Below are positions 26,843 through 39,981 of a stretch of DNA of 64,000 nt, in pieces; position 1 is the stretch's first letter, and every line of letters begins with the position of its first letter. This DNA is from Octopus sinensis. Its lineage: Eukaryota. The stretch spans positions 46,934,001 through 46,998,000 of the forward strand of contig NC_043004.1 in assembly GCF_006345805.1 (NCBI RefSeq), in the 5' to 3' direction. A program made the translations under genes and the position numbers. The notes beneath the pieces are model-generated. The model did no database searches. It was not told where the DNA came from and saw only the letters and a program-made list of their open reading frames with translations.

Positions 26843-27409
26843 TGTAGTATTGGGGATGGTCATGTTGCCAGTTTAGCCAGTAAACACACGCGCACTATAT
26901 ATTTGGTGTTAATATGCTTCACCATTAATCTATTTTCTACATTACTCGTATTTCGGTCAGAGTTCTTTCGTCACACCTCTGTGACCTCATCAGTGGTCAT
27001 TTGCTTCTTTCTTATTTGTGTGTCTTTCGTTTTCTAACGATCAGCCATTTTGTATTTTGTATTCCTATTGCATGTGCCTTTGTTTGCGCCTGCGTACACC
27101 CCAATGTGTGTTTATGTTTAGTAAGTACGTGAGTGTGTGGGGGAGTGCCCGTATTGTCTGCATCCTTTGTTGATACACGTTCGTTTAATTTACTTTTATT
27201 TTGTTCATACACGCTCGTACAGAAAAGGTTCATACACATGTCTATATACGCACATGCACAAGAAAATACAGAAAAATGTAAAAAGGTGTTTAAAAATAAG
27301 CAATAAGAGTAAAACACGTCTATATAGTACATTCTCGCATGCACGCTAATATGACAAAAAAGATTGCAATTTTCATCATTTGACCATAGTTTTCCAATTT
27401 TTTTTTTCA

Positions 27410-27823
27410 GACGTAGGAGTTGCTGTGTGGTAAGTAACTTCCTTCCCAACGACGTGGTTCCGGGTTCATTCCCACTGCGTGGCACTTTCGGCACGTTTCT
27501 TTTACTATAACCTCGGGCCGATCAAAACCTTGTGAGTTGATTTGGTGGACGGAAACTGAAAGAAGCCCGTCGTATATATGTATATATATATATGTGTGTT
27601 TGTGTGTGTGTATGTTTGTATGTCTGCGTTTGTACCCCCCGACATCGTCTGACAACCGGTGCTGGTGTGTTTACGTCCCCGTAACTTAGCGGTTCGGCAA
27701 AAAGAGCCCGATATAATAAATACTAGGCTTACAAAGAATAAGTCATGGTGTTGATTTGATCGACTAAAGGCAGTGCTCCAGCATGGCCGCAGTCAAATGG
27801 CCGAAACAAAAGAATAAAAGAGT
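27410..27823 (+). mobile_element. Full-length tRNA-derived SINE with internal (TA/TG)n and tail aaaagagtaa
   Basis: gtaggagttgctgtgtggtaag..ccgggttcattcccactgcgtggcac head. Copies at 30290-30690(-), 31817-31978, 11162(-) and 7136; tail fragments at 22435 and 44265. Confidence 0.9.
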
Positions 27824-28255
27824 AATCTATTCCAAAAGTGAAAATGTTGTTTCACTCGTCACTCACATTATCTACAGTGTCATCTCTTCCACGCCATATT
27901 GAACCATTTTAGTCGCCTCATATCTGTCTCCCTTAGTGAACAAGCTTCACTCTATATATTACTGGCAGATCAGACTTCATAACAATCCAGATTGATACGT
28001 GTGCAGGTGGCACAATCACCCCATATTCTATTTAGTGTCACAATGCTAATCCTCCTGCACCAAAACTTCGTGAACATGTGAAACTCTTCTACCTTGAATA
28101 TTGGCAATGCATAATAAGCTACCCAGCTTCCTACACGAATCTTATGATCTTTATATTTTGGGGTTTTTTTTCCCTCTTTTTTAACGTAATAACTAGTACA
28201 AACTAACTATAGACTCGTCTGAAGTTGTCAATCAGTCTCTGACTCTCAACGGGCC

Positions 28256-28617
28256 AGGTAACTAAAAATTTTAAACTTCGTATACTGGTAGAATGTGTTT
28301 ATAAAACATCATTTTCTCTTGGCTTTATTCAGAAAATTCTATAGTTTGTAAGATATTTGTCGTTTTTTTTCTTCAATTTCCGCAATTTCAACCAATCAGT
28401 GACGTCTATTGAGTTAAAAAGCGTTCTGTGCCGTTTGAATATGTCCCTCGTTTAAGAAACAGATTGGGTTTATTTGCATTTGTGAAGAAAAAACCCTAAC
28501 TAACCCTAACTCTAAAAGAGATTGAAAAGCAATAGATCGATTCTAGGGTCATAATTATGAGTGACACATTCATATGACACCGCTCGAAAAAAACTACCGT
28601 TCAAACCGAAAAGACCC
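28256..28617 (+). mobile_element. MITE (GGATC-TIR family), left end missing
   Basis: Colinear with 43393-43808 from aggtaactaaaaa onward; ends aaaccgaaaagaccc. Confidence 0.85.
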
Positions 28618-29258
28618 GGACAGGAAGTTGAAAACAAATAATCTCATTTGCTTCTAACAGAAACACAAGAATCCTAGCACTGAAACAATAAAACGAATTC
28701 TTCATAAAGTTCTTTATATTCCACAAGGAGCTATAAGTTACAAGCACAAAAACAGCATTGTTTGCCTTATTTTGAATTATGGTAGCTAGAAGCAGCGATA
28801 ACAATTCGAAAGATTAGTTACATATTAAAGCCAATACACTGAATGTGAAAGAAAGTTTGAACGAGCTACCACTTAAGTGAAACATCCTAACACATTACAT
28901 ACATTGATCTCTGAATAATCAGCTCCATACATGTCGTCTGTCAATGGAACATTGAAAAGTAAATTTATTGAGTTACTTAAGATTTAATAGGAACTGACTT
29001 CTGAGAAATAGTTTCCTCCAATGTTTATACACAACTTCACAACTTATGTTTTCAAGTTCAAGAAACGTAATAAAATTAATTCCAGGAGTCGCGTGCAAAT
29101 TTCAAAGACATTTTCATTTTGTCCCACAATATGATAATAGTTACCAATCCGAATTGACTTGAAATTTGAGCGTTGTAGAAGGTGATCTCTTAAACCTATC
29201 TACCTATATATATATATATATATATATACACTTTATTTAAAGCAGCAGAAAATTCAAC

Positions 29259-29306
29259 AAAATCTGTTACTCTGAGTTTCTCGTTGCCATTCATCAGACA
29301 GTTTTT
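29259..29306 (-). ncRNA. Minimal type I hammerhead ribozyme (left arm)
   Basis: aaaaactgt-CUGAUGA-auggcaacga-GAA-ACUCAGAGU-A-acagauuuu. Stem I has 8 of 9 pairs; GUA site. Confidence 0.75.
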
Positions 29307-30107
29307 GCTAGAATGGAACCGATATATCAATTCAATCTAGACTCTTACAAACGCTACACCTTTAAAAAAATGGACTTGTTTGATTGGCCCTTTAGAAATA
29401 ACGGTCAATCTTCGAGCGATAAACAAAAAAAGCTCAAAAATATATGTATATATATATATATAAAAAATATAAAAATTATAAAATTCGAGGAAAAAACCTT
29501 ACATTGAATAAAATACATATTGACGTTAATGAAGAAAGTATAATTAATGCATAGAAATTAAAACTTATTACAAATATTACACTGCAATACATATTTATAT
29601 TAAAGTGTACATATATATATATCAACATACACAGAAGGATGCGTGCAAACGCCATACATATACAGACGTATAAATATAAATCTAAAATATACACACAAAT
29701 GCATTCATACATATATGTCCGCAATCTATCTCGCACGCAAGTTAAAATCATCGATGTAGCGATTCTCATTTACTGAGTAAAGCTTAAGTAAGGAGGACGT
29801 AAAGGTGTATCAGTATCAGTTAGAGAAAAAAACGAAAGAAAGGAAGAGAGAGAAAAAGGAACGAAGAAGAGGGAAGGAAAAAAGAAAAAGGAGGGGTGGG
29901 GAAAAAAACGAAATAAGAAAAATCATGTATACAAGCTTATAATTTTTATAATTTTTTATATATATATACATATTTTTTTGAGCTTTTTTATTTATCGCTC
30001 GAAGATTGACCGTTATTTCTAAAGGGCCAATCAAACAAGTCCATTTTTTTAAAGGTGTAGCGTTTGTAAGAGTCTAGATTGAATTGATATATCGGTTCCA
30101 TTCTAGC

Positions 30108-30154
30108 AAAAACTGTCTGATGAACGGCAACGAGAAACTCAGAGTACAGATTTT
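30108..30154 (+). ncRNA. Minimal type I hammerhead ribozyme (right arm, 1-nt deletion next to the cleavage site)
   Basis: aaaaactgt-CUGAUGA-acggcaacga-GAA-ACUCAGAGU-A-cagauuuu. Confidence 0.65.
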
Positions 30155-30250
30155 GTTGAATTTTCTGCTGCTTTAAATAAAGCATATTACTCTACCACTG
30201 GTAATTGAGTACTCTTTTTCCACCTTGTTTCACATTTATGTGTTTACTCC

Positions 30251-30286
<36 letters not shown>

Positions 30287-30289
30287 ACA

Positions 30290-30690
30290 CTTTTACTCTT
30301 TTACTTGTTTCAGTCATTTGACTGCGGCCATGCTGGAGCACCACCTTTAATCGAGCAACTCGACACCGGGGCTTATTCTTTTGTAAGCCCAGTACTTATT
30401 CTATCGGTCTCTTTTGCCGAACCGCTAAGTAACGGGGACATAAACACACCAGCATCGGTTGTCAAGCAATGCTAGGGGGACAAACACAGACACACAAACA
30501 CACACACGCATATATATACATATATACGACGGGCTTCTTTCAGTTTCCGTCTACCAAATCCACTCACAAGGCATTGGTCGGCCCGAGGCTATAGTAGAAG
30601 ACACTTGGCCAAGGTGCCACGCAGTGGGACTGAACCCGGAACCATGTGGTTGGTAAACAAGCTACTTACCACACAGCCACTCCTGCGCCT
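30290..30690 (-). mobile_element. Full-length SINE, family of 27410-27823
   Basis: Reverse complement is colinear over about 400 bp. Confidence 0.9.
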
Positions 30691-30765
30691 ATATATATAT
30701 ATATATATGTATAATACAACGAGTAATTCATTTTAGTCCCCTGTGGAGACGGAAGTAACTTTTCT

Positions 30766-30921
30766 CGTTAGCCACTACACACATTTTTTCTCTCCTTGTT
30801 TTCTGTATCCCTTTCTGTGGAAGAGCGTAAAATACTTTTTCTATTGCTGAGCGTTATACTAATACATCTGTTTGTTTTGTACACCACCTGTCTTCGTCTT
30901 TTGTTTTTTTTCGTAAACTCT

Positions 30922-30924
<3 letters not shown>
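30766..30924 (+). mobile_element. Second copy of the 7317-7506 repeat, with the hammerhead-like part deleted
   Basis: cgttagccactacacac..ctttctgtggaagagcgta..cgtaaactctccc followed by (TA)n. Confidence 0.8.
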
Positions 30925-30959
<35 letters not shown>

Positions 30960-31070
30960 GAAATATTAAAGTTACTATTATTGAAAACAAGTGGACGTAT
31001 TCCACCGAAACTAGGTAAATAAAACCTTCGAACAGAGACGATTAATGGCGACACCTGCTGGGTCAACTAC

Positions 31071-31113
31071 GCTCCATTGACAAAGGGCAAATACCCTGAA
31101 ACGGGTCTGTAGC
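31071..31113 (+). ncRNA. Type I hammerhead with compensatory U3-A8 core
   Basis: gcucca-UUGACAA-aggg caaaua cccu-GAA-AC gg GU-C-uguagc. Stem I has 5 of 6 pairs, stem II 4 pairs; GUC site. Confidence 0.6.
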
Positions 31114-31780
31114 TGTCTGACTGGCAGTGTGAAACGGCTGACCTCCCTTGTTATAATGGACACAGTTTGTGTGTCAAATAGCTATCTTAAGGCGATGGCC
31201 TGATGGAGCTAATCAGCGACAGCTTTTAGTCTTATATCTATAAGACTGTCATATTAATATGGCGATAACAATTAATTTATATATATACATGAAAGAAATT
31301 TACTGCGTAAAATTCCATATGGAGAGTCATTGGTCACTCTCCAAACATACTCAGTATTGAAACAGTATTTCGCTGGGTGCATGCAGCACTTTACGAGGTT
31401 AATATATTAAATGTATGTACACACATACATTTATATATATGATATTCCTTCTTCAGATATGCATACTTGGTCACTATACGTAGAAGTTTGAACACACTGT
31501 AACAGTGATTCTATTAAAGAGCCATACGCGTTTACTAATAAATGTGAAAATAGACGCATATTCATATTCCGAGAAATGCATTTCGCGTTCAACATAGTTA
31601 TTCATGTATGCATTTGCTTCTGTGCAGATAAAGAAAATCTGCAATTACACAGGCATACGAAACACTTTTTTAGTCTGTTACGTAAGCACAATGTACATAT
31701 GCATGCATAAATACTTACATCCATCAACACACAGAGAAACAAATATTCGCAGATATTCATATATAGGAGTAAACAAGACA

Positions 31781-31816
<36 letters not shown>

Positions 31817-31819
<3 letters not shown>

Positions 31820-31978
31820 GGAGTGGCTGTGTGGTAAGTAACTTGCTTAACGACCACATAGTTCAGGGTTCAGTCCCACTACGTCGCATTTTGGGCAAGT
31901 GTCTCCAACTATAGCCTCGGGCCGACCAAAGCATTCTGAGTGGATTTCGTAGACGGAAACTGAAAGAAGCCCGCCGCA
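31817..31978 (+). mobile_element. SINE 5' half, family of 27410-27823
   Basis: gtaggagtggctgtgtggtaag..gacggaaactgaaagaagcccg. Confidence 0.88.
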
Positions 31979-31994
31979 TATATATATATATAAT

Positions 31995-32062
<68 letters not shown>

Positions 32063-32283
32063 TATATGCATATATTTATATTTATATTCATAATCACTTT
32101 TTGAGGCATAAACATATATTGATAGATAGTGTTGGTGAAATGATGGCTGACTATGATGAAAGCAGTAAAATGTAGATTAAGGGGAACATTTCAAGTAAAA
32201 GCAAAAGATCAAGTGTCCATTGAACTAAATGCTTCTCCTCCCCTCTCTCTATCTATCTATTACATACCTATATATATATAAGC

Positions 32284-32330
<47 letters not shown>

Positions 32331-32734
32331 GAGGGAGAGACATGCTTTAGCTACCCCATATATAATATATATATATATATAATATAATATATATATATAT
32401 ATTATATATAATATATACATACATATATATATACACATATACATACATGTATATATATATATTTGAGTAGGTGTGTATGTAAGAATATGGGATGGTCATA
32501 TATATATTATGTCATGTGGAATATCAGAATCTTTTCACGATTGGACAACGTGCCTTGCTTAATTTTTTTCCGGCTCTTTTCGTTTTGAGTATAGGTAAAA
32601 CCAAGATCAACTTTGACATTCATCCTTATGGCGCCGATAAACTGAAATTCTAGCGCAGTCGAGGGTGTGAGGACATCTAAGTATTTCTATTCGAATATTG
32701 CTGCCCGCATAAGGATATGAATATCCTTGTTGTT

Positions 32735-32938
32735 GTTGCTCTTCTTCTTCTTCTTCTTCTCTTCTTCTTCTTCTTCTTCTTCTTCTTCTTCTTCTTCTTC
32801 TTCTCTTCTTCTTCTTCTTCTTCTTCTGCTTCTTCTTCTGATTATTATTATTATTATTACTATTATTATTATTATTATTATTATTATATTATTATATTAA
32901 TATTATTATTGTTATTGTTGTTGTTGTTGTTGTTGTTG

Positions 32939-32995
<57 letters not shown>

Positions 32996-33010
32996 CTATT
33001 CTTTTTATTA
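32735..33010. repeat. (TTC)n/(TTA)n/(TTG)n compound microsatellite
   Basis: Direct reading. Confidence 0.95.
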
Positions 33011-33241
33011 TTATTGCATTCGTTTTGACATAGGCACACAAAATGAAATTGAAGATGCTTGACTCGCCATTGTGAGACGTATCTCGGTTTAGGCAGCTTC
33101 AAGGTGTATTGTTTGTTTTTATTATTATTATTATTATTAGAGGCACTACAATTTTATTAATGTTATTAATGTTATTATTCTTATTATTATCATTATTATT
33201 ATTTTTACTATTATTATCATTATTATTATTATTATTATTAT

Positions 33242-33274
<33 letters not shown>

Positions 33275-34161
33275 CAGCAACAACAAAAGCAGCAGCAGTA
33301 ATAGTATATTGCATCTACCCAAACATCTACATGTGCAAGTGCAAATCTAAGTACAAGTTCTAAAATTTGTTGGTAAGATGCAGGTGTGTGTATGTGTGTA
33401 CCTGTGCGTGCGTATATATTTCTTCTACATCTCTGTCACTTCTCTCTATCTCACTTCGTCTCTGTCTGTCTCTCTCTCTCTCTCTTAATATATGCATGGA
33501 TGCATGTATATGTACATGCATGTATATATGTATGCATGAACGTACATGTAGTGGGCAAAATAGCGTCTCAGAGAAAGACAGTGATAGGCATACACACTCA
33601 CATACATACATACATACATGCATATATACATACATATATACATACATACGTAACTGTTAATATAAGGATTTGTAGGTGTATATATGTATGTGTATATTTT
33701 TTATGTGCGGATCCATACATCTTCGCATGTGTGTAAGCAATCTCGTTCCAATGCAGATTATCTATTCTATGATTAATGCATTGAATTAGTAATTGCATGT
33801 GTTTGTCGTGTACGTACGTGCAACAGAGCGCTGTAGTTCGTGCAATTACAATCAGACAATAGGCAAATTCGACCTAACTGCACCACAAATTCTCCTTCTT
33901 CCCTTACCACCGAAACCAGAACAAATAAACCTTGAATAAACGAACAGATCGATATCACGAGCATTGATGACATTGTATGTAGGAATCTTATCAAACGACA
34001 AAATAAGATCGTTATTAACTATGCATGCTCTATCATCTTAGCTTTCTTATGAACTTTACTCAATATTGGCGAGTTAAAAGCGAAATATATCTATTATATT
34101 CTGTATTTTGTTACCACAGTTATTCGCTGTAGCATTCCTATGACATGCGTGTTGCGTGGTA

Positions 34162-34213
<52 letters not shown>

Positions 34214-34261
34214 ACATACATATATATGTATTTCTATGTATGTACACATGCATTTGTATAT

Positions 34262-34304
<43 letters not shown>

Positions 34305-36773
34305 ACATACATATATATGTATTTCTATGTATGTACACATGCATTTGTATATATATATATATATATATATATAGTGTGTGTGTTTATGTGTGCGTGTACG
34401 TATGCTAGTGCATATTGGTGTGATTAAGAGTCATTGCTGACTAATTTATTTAGATTGTCATTCCTTTTATGTACAACGAAAGAGAAGGACCATTATTCGT
34501 ATCCATAGCATTGCTATTTCTACGATTATCAATATTATTAGTACTGTTACAAAGAATAATACAATTATACATTAATATTTGCATCATATAATACGATTAA
34601 ACATCCTTAAGACGAAGAGCTGGAGGAGGAAAATGCGGAGATGTTGTAGGAGTAGTAGGATTGGGAGTAGGTGCACGTCCCACGAATCAGTACATGGGCC
34701 ACAATAAGAAATAAAATTGGTATGTAAAAATTCTACACTTGCAGTACCGAAATAATCACAGAAAATATGAATACTCAATGTGAATTTACTTTTACTTATA
34801 CCTTAGCCACTATCATCACAGACAATTCTTCTTTGTTTTTGCTGAGATGTTGCTTACAGTTATTCTTGATACTCATATTTTTTTGGTGCTGTCAGAAATA
34901 TTATTTTTCAATATTTTTTTCTGATCTATTGTATACATTCATTGTTTTCGTTGTTTTTCCAAATGCAGCTCTGTGGGACTTGGATATGTGTATTGTCTTT
35001 TAGTTTGTTGTAGTGTCTGCAATTTCTTTTCCAATAATCTGTGACTATGCATGCGATGCTTAGCATTGCTTTGTTCTAAATACAACGGGTATTGGTATTG
35101 ATTTCTCTGCATCTGTTTAAAGAGTGATTTTTGTTGTTAAGGCGGTAACACTGTAGAAAATATTTAGCAGTCTTTCGTCGCCTCTCCCATCAAATTCTCC
35201 TAAGGTCGACTTTACTTTATATCCTTTCGTAGCAGTTCCACACAAGCATTGATGTACTCGATTTACTCCCTCCTCTGAATATACTGGCCAAATTCTAAAA
35301 TTGCTACTATTAATTAAGGCGGTATGGTTGCGATCTGACAGACTCGTTACCACGCCGGGCAAAAGGCTTAGACGTATTTTGTTCGTCTTTACTTTCTGAT
35401 TTGAAATTACGCCGAGGTACAATTTAACTTTCATACTCTCGGAGTCTATAACTTTAGCAATTGAGCACTGGGGTTGGTGTATTCGACTTACTCCTTCCCG
35501 AAATTGATGGTCATGTGTAAAAACCTGAACCATCATTATTATAAGTTACTACATTTCGTAAAAGCAGCAATCTGGCAGAATCCTCTGGGCATCGCACAAC
35601 ATTTTTACGTGCGTTTCTTCTTGCTCTTTAACATCTGAGTTCTGATTTCTCTATTTGAATTTTGTCTTCCTAAAACTACAAGGTTTATGACAACATTCGA
35701 AAAAAATATTATTAATACAGAATTTACTTCTCTCTTCTGTCTTAACATTCTTATCTTTTTTTTTTCAGAACTCCATATCTTTTTTTAATTTTTGGCTCCG
35801 CTTATGTGTATGTTATTGTCCCTTAGTTCTGTTATCTCGACGACGATTGACATCAAAGATAGGTCAATTATGCGAGATCTATTTTTCACCGTGGACTGCA
35901 ATATCCTTTTTCTCATGTAAGCATACAGCATCATCTCTTAGTGTTTAACAATGCTGAACTAATCTACACTATATGTAAGCAATTCCTGTACTATATTTCT
36001 TCATGTCTTTGAGACATGAAAAGCGAGTAATATCAGCTTTTGATTTATTCCTACTGTTAAATCTTGGATCTTGTGCCGCACTAAGTAATCCCTGAGTTCC
36101 ATTTGAATCATTCTTCTAAAAAACTACTCATATTTTTCATCATCTGATTTTAATGGTACTAAGTTTCACGAGACGTCAATCATATTTGTGCCTTTCTTGC
36201 TATCATTTTAGTCACACTGTATCTTGCTCATTTTTTAAAAGCCATATGGTATTTCTGTTTTTTCCGTAACTGATATCATTTCAGGCTACGTGCTATTTAT
36301 TAGTATTAATATTTTGCTAACGTATACCGCTTGTCATAGAGTTTACAATTTGGGTTTGCTTCTGACTGATATTTTGCAGGATACACAAGGAGGGACAAGT
36401 TTCAAAGCCCTCCTCTTTGTAAATCTACTCCATGAGAAAACCCGTTTCTCTCTTTCTCTTTTGAACTCCGTATGTTACCTTCGGCTATGCTACCCTAAAG
36501 CATGCATTTATCTTGAGAGCCACTGTTTCAAATAAGGCATTGTAAGTTGAAGGCAGGTTGATATTTTCAGTATTATTTTTAGTTACACTTTCTTTTGGGT
36601 CGACAAATAAAATAATTCCTCCTTCTCTGAACTAATTAGTTAATCTAATTAGATTAACTAATGTGTTAATCATTTACTTCTAGCTCGATACGCTCTCAGT
36701 AACACAAAAAAACTGTAAATGTCGAGGCCTGGGGTCGGTAGTATTGTCCAAACCCCGGCCATGAAAACTGCTG

Positions 36774-36774
<1 letters not shown>

Positions 36775-36813
<39 letters not shown>

Positions 36814-36836
36814 TATTATTATTATTGATGATGATG

Positions 36837-36882
<46 letters not shown>

Positions 36883-37010
36883 TAATGAAGAAGAAGAAGA
36901 AGGAGGAGAGGAGGAGAAGAAGAAGAAGAAGAAGAAGAAGAAGAAGAGAAGAAGAAGAAAAAAAGAAGAAGAAGAAGAAGAAGAAGAAGAAAAAGAAGAA
37001 GAAGAAGAAC
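36775..37010. repeat. (TTA)n/(AAT)n/(GAA)n compound microsatellite
   Basis: Direct reading. Confidence 0.95.
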
Positions 37011-37019
37011 CTAGCTATT

Positions 37020-37290
37020 GAATTTCCAGGATCTGACTATTGAAAGCCCAGGACCAAGTAATGGAATCACTATGGAAAGATCTGAACATATGAATTGAGA
37101 AATAGGCATAACACGCAGTGTAGTACAGCTGTAGAAAACAGTGTTATTAGGGATAGGTAGGATAATTAGGAGGGCCCTTGGCATCTAAGGATACTTGCTG
37201 TAACCCAATAGGAGGTTGCTGGACATCTAAGGTTACTTCTTGTAGCCCGACGTTAGGGTTATTTTCTTTTCCAACATACTAATTTATTGA
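37020..37290 (+). mobile_element. 3' end of a REL-endonuclease (R2/R4/NeSL-type) LINE with (AAT)n tail
   Basis: GITRSVVQL*KTVLLGIGRIIRRALGI* resembles the LQK.VLLGTARILRRVL C-terminus of these elements. Confidence 0.55.
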
Positions 37291-37344
37291 GTGTATGGGA
37301 ATAATGATAACAACAACAACAACAATAACAATGATAATAATAAT

Positions 37345-37378
<34 letters not shown>

Positions 37379-37458
37379 ATAATAATAATAATATTAATAA
37401 TATTAATAATAATATTAATAATAATAATGATAATAATAATAATAATAATAATATAATA

Positions 37459-37490
<32 letters not shown>

Positions 37491-37531
37491 TTAATAATAA
37501 TAATAATAATGATAATAAAGATAATAATAAT

Positions 37532-38083
37532 TGCCCTGATGCAGTACCACGCACTGGCTCTCATAGCCTCTGATCTTAACTGATTGGAAGTGTTTTCATG
37601 TACATTGTTTTGTCTTGGTATAAAAGATGGGCTACTGCATATATTCTGCTCAATACCACAGATTTGCCTGTCAGTTGTTTGACCTTAACCAGTTCGGCAT
37701 TTCTCTTAGTGGCTGACGATATGTGCATCCCTGATCACGAGCAGAAGCAGTGGGTGAGCATCATAACCATGTGTTGAGAGAGATTATTCCGGGGTTTGAA
37801 TAATTCACCTCTGGAAACATGGGTGTTTCGTTCAACACCCTTAAACAATCCTTATTCAGGGTTCTTTTGAGCGGAATCGGTTACTGGAGAAGAAGAAAAT
37901 TCTAACTGGGCCCCACCTGCAAGGTCATGTGCTCTTTGTCTTGATATGAAATCACCATGTTGCGCACATATGGTTGTGATGCATGTGCCTAGTGTACCCT
38001 TATCAGACGGGTAGTCATGATGGGTATACTGGGCTTCGTATATGTTACCCCAGTGTCATTTTGATGGCATGCACTGCTCCCTC
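37532..38083. mobile_element. Unclassified non-coding element of about 550 bp embedded in (AAT)n
   Basis: Complex, GC-richer sequence flanked on both sides by (AAT)n. I recognise it as a recurrent octopus repeat from memory; there is no second copy in the window. Confidence 0.55.
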
Positions 38084-38085
38084 AA

Positions 38086-38191
<106 letters not shown>

Positions 38192-39032
38192 ACTTTTGAA
38201 TTAAAAGCAAAGCAGTAAAAATTATAGCGTATGTGTTTTGCTTATATGCCAATTGGTTGCATTCTTCCATAACGCAGAGGGTTAAAAAACACTGAATGTC
38301 CGAGATGAGGCAGGATAACTGGCAACTCAGGTGAATGAAAACGGCGGATGTGGATATTTCGGTATAACTTAAGCTCACCATCGCCATATTTTGACGGACC
38401 TCGAAACGAAATATGTAGCCGGCCTGGGACGTATATGAAAATAGTGTAAAGTCTATTTATTGACTTGCCGTTGTGTAGTACATGAGAAAAAAATTATTCT
38501 GAATTGACAGCCTCTCTAAAAATGTAAACAATATCGATGACACGTACATAGTCTGTGTGCGTGTTTTGTTCCTACATGCATTAGCCGCGGGTTACATTCC
38601 TGGGAAATGTCCCTTACCGACCAGAGTGTTAAGGAACACTGATTGTCTGAACAGAAGAGGTGCTGTCCTGAAGGTAAATAGGATGGAAGGGTATCGATAT
38701 TTTGCTATCCTTTTACCCCATCGGCTCCGTATACTCGACGTACATCGAAACGCATATTGTCGCCAGTGGGATACATATATACAAAGAATGGAAAGTCTAT
38801 TGACCGGTATGTTCTAGTGTAACACACCCGACAAGTGCTTTGCGGCATTTCATCCGTCTTTATAACCTAATTTCAAATTCCACCGATGTGCACTTGTCTT
38901 TTCATCACTTTGGAGTCGATAAATTAAGTACCAGTCAAAGACTATAATTTCGACAGACCTCTACCATAAGCGTCTACTACTACTATTATTATTATTATCA
39001 CTACTACTACTACTACTACTACTACGACGACG

Positions 39033-39064
<32 letters not shown>

Positions 39065-39077
39065 GACTACTACCACA

Positions 39078-39131
<54 letters not shown>

Positions 39132-39834
39132 GCTACTCCTACTACTTAATAATATTGTTGCTTTAGATTTTTTGTCGTCGTTCTTGCTCTCGTATTTTGT
39201 TGTATTTGTTATAGGTACCTCAAGTAAATATGCACTACGTCTTCTCAGATATTTTTCAAATAGAAGGAATTCAATTGGTGCTAATATATTCATATACCAC
39301 GGTGTAAAAAAATACTGTTCACGGAATTAATGATCGATCGAAGAAGCGAAAGTGATTTTTCATTGTAGCGAGTAACCGATCGCACGCAAACGTCAATGGT
39401 GGCATAGAAACGAATGTTTATATTGGAAACATTACACTTAGAGACACGGGAACAATATTGCCAAATTTCAACGCATCAACTTATTGAAACGAACTCAAGA
39501 TACAAAATATAATCGGAAATATCTGGGCAGTCTCTAATGGGTGTATTATAGGATTAGCTTAAATTACAATAAAGTAAATGCCCTTTAAATGTGAGTGCTG
39601 CATTTCTGAACATGATACTGATGATTTATCACAACGACCATCATGATTTCCTCAACATCATCATCATCGTCATCATCATTCATATAGGGGACATATTGCA
39701 AACAATTAAGCTCAGTTTTTGTGTGCGCGTGTGAATGTACTTAAATGTACATACATATATATGTATATATATATATGTATACATATGCGCGTGTGTGTAT
39801 GTACATACATATATATATATATATATAACCGTAG

Positions 39835-39933
39835 TCACGGTGACCGACCAGGCTATCAGATGTTGCTACACATCGCTGGTCACAATTCACTTTGCATTGT
39901 TTTAGCCTTCAAGTGATGCCACCCAGCTGGCTA
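39835..39933 (-). mobile_element. Stand-alone tail-Z module
   Basis: Reverse complement matches 23885-23984. Confidence 0.85.
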
Positions 39934-39948
39934 AATATATATATATTA

Positions 39949-39981
<33 letters not shown>

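Larger units (their letters stand above)
29231..30253. mobile_element. Inverted pair of about 250-bp Penelope pseudo-LTR-like repeats around a unique spacer
   Basis: 29231-29480 is the near-identical reverse complement of 29934-30182. Each arm carries a hammerhead followed by AATAAA. PLE assignment is inference. Confidence 0.8.

Noticed and set aside
26940-27000. Minus-strand CUGAUGA followed by ggtca/tgacc (or gtcac/gtgac) stem and GAAA
   Set aside because: I could not build a stem I of more than 2 bp or a proper stem III in either register; unresolved, possibly a decayed or different fold.
35600-36550. Long coding-like degenerate sequence on the minus strand
   Set aside because: Many stops and no motif I can name.
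37532-37920. HDV-like ribozyme in the (AAT)n-embedded element
   Set aside because: A P1-like pairing exists, but P3/L3/P1.1 could not be assembled by eye.
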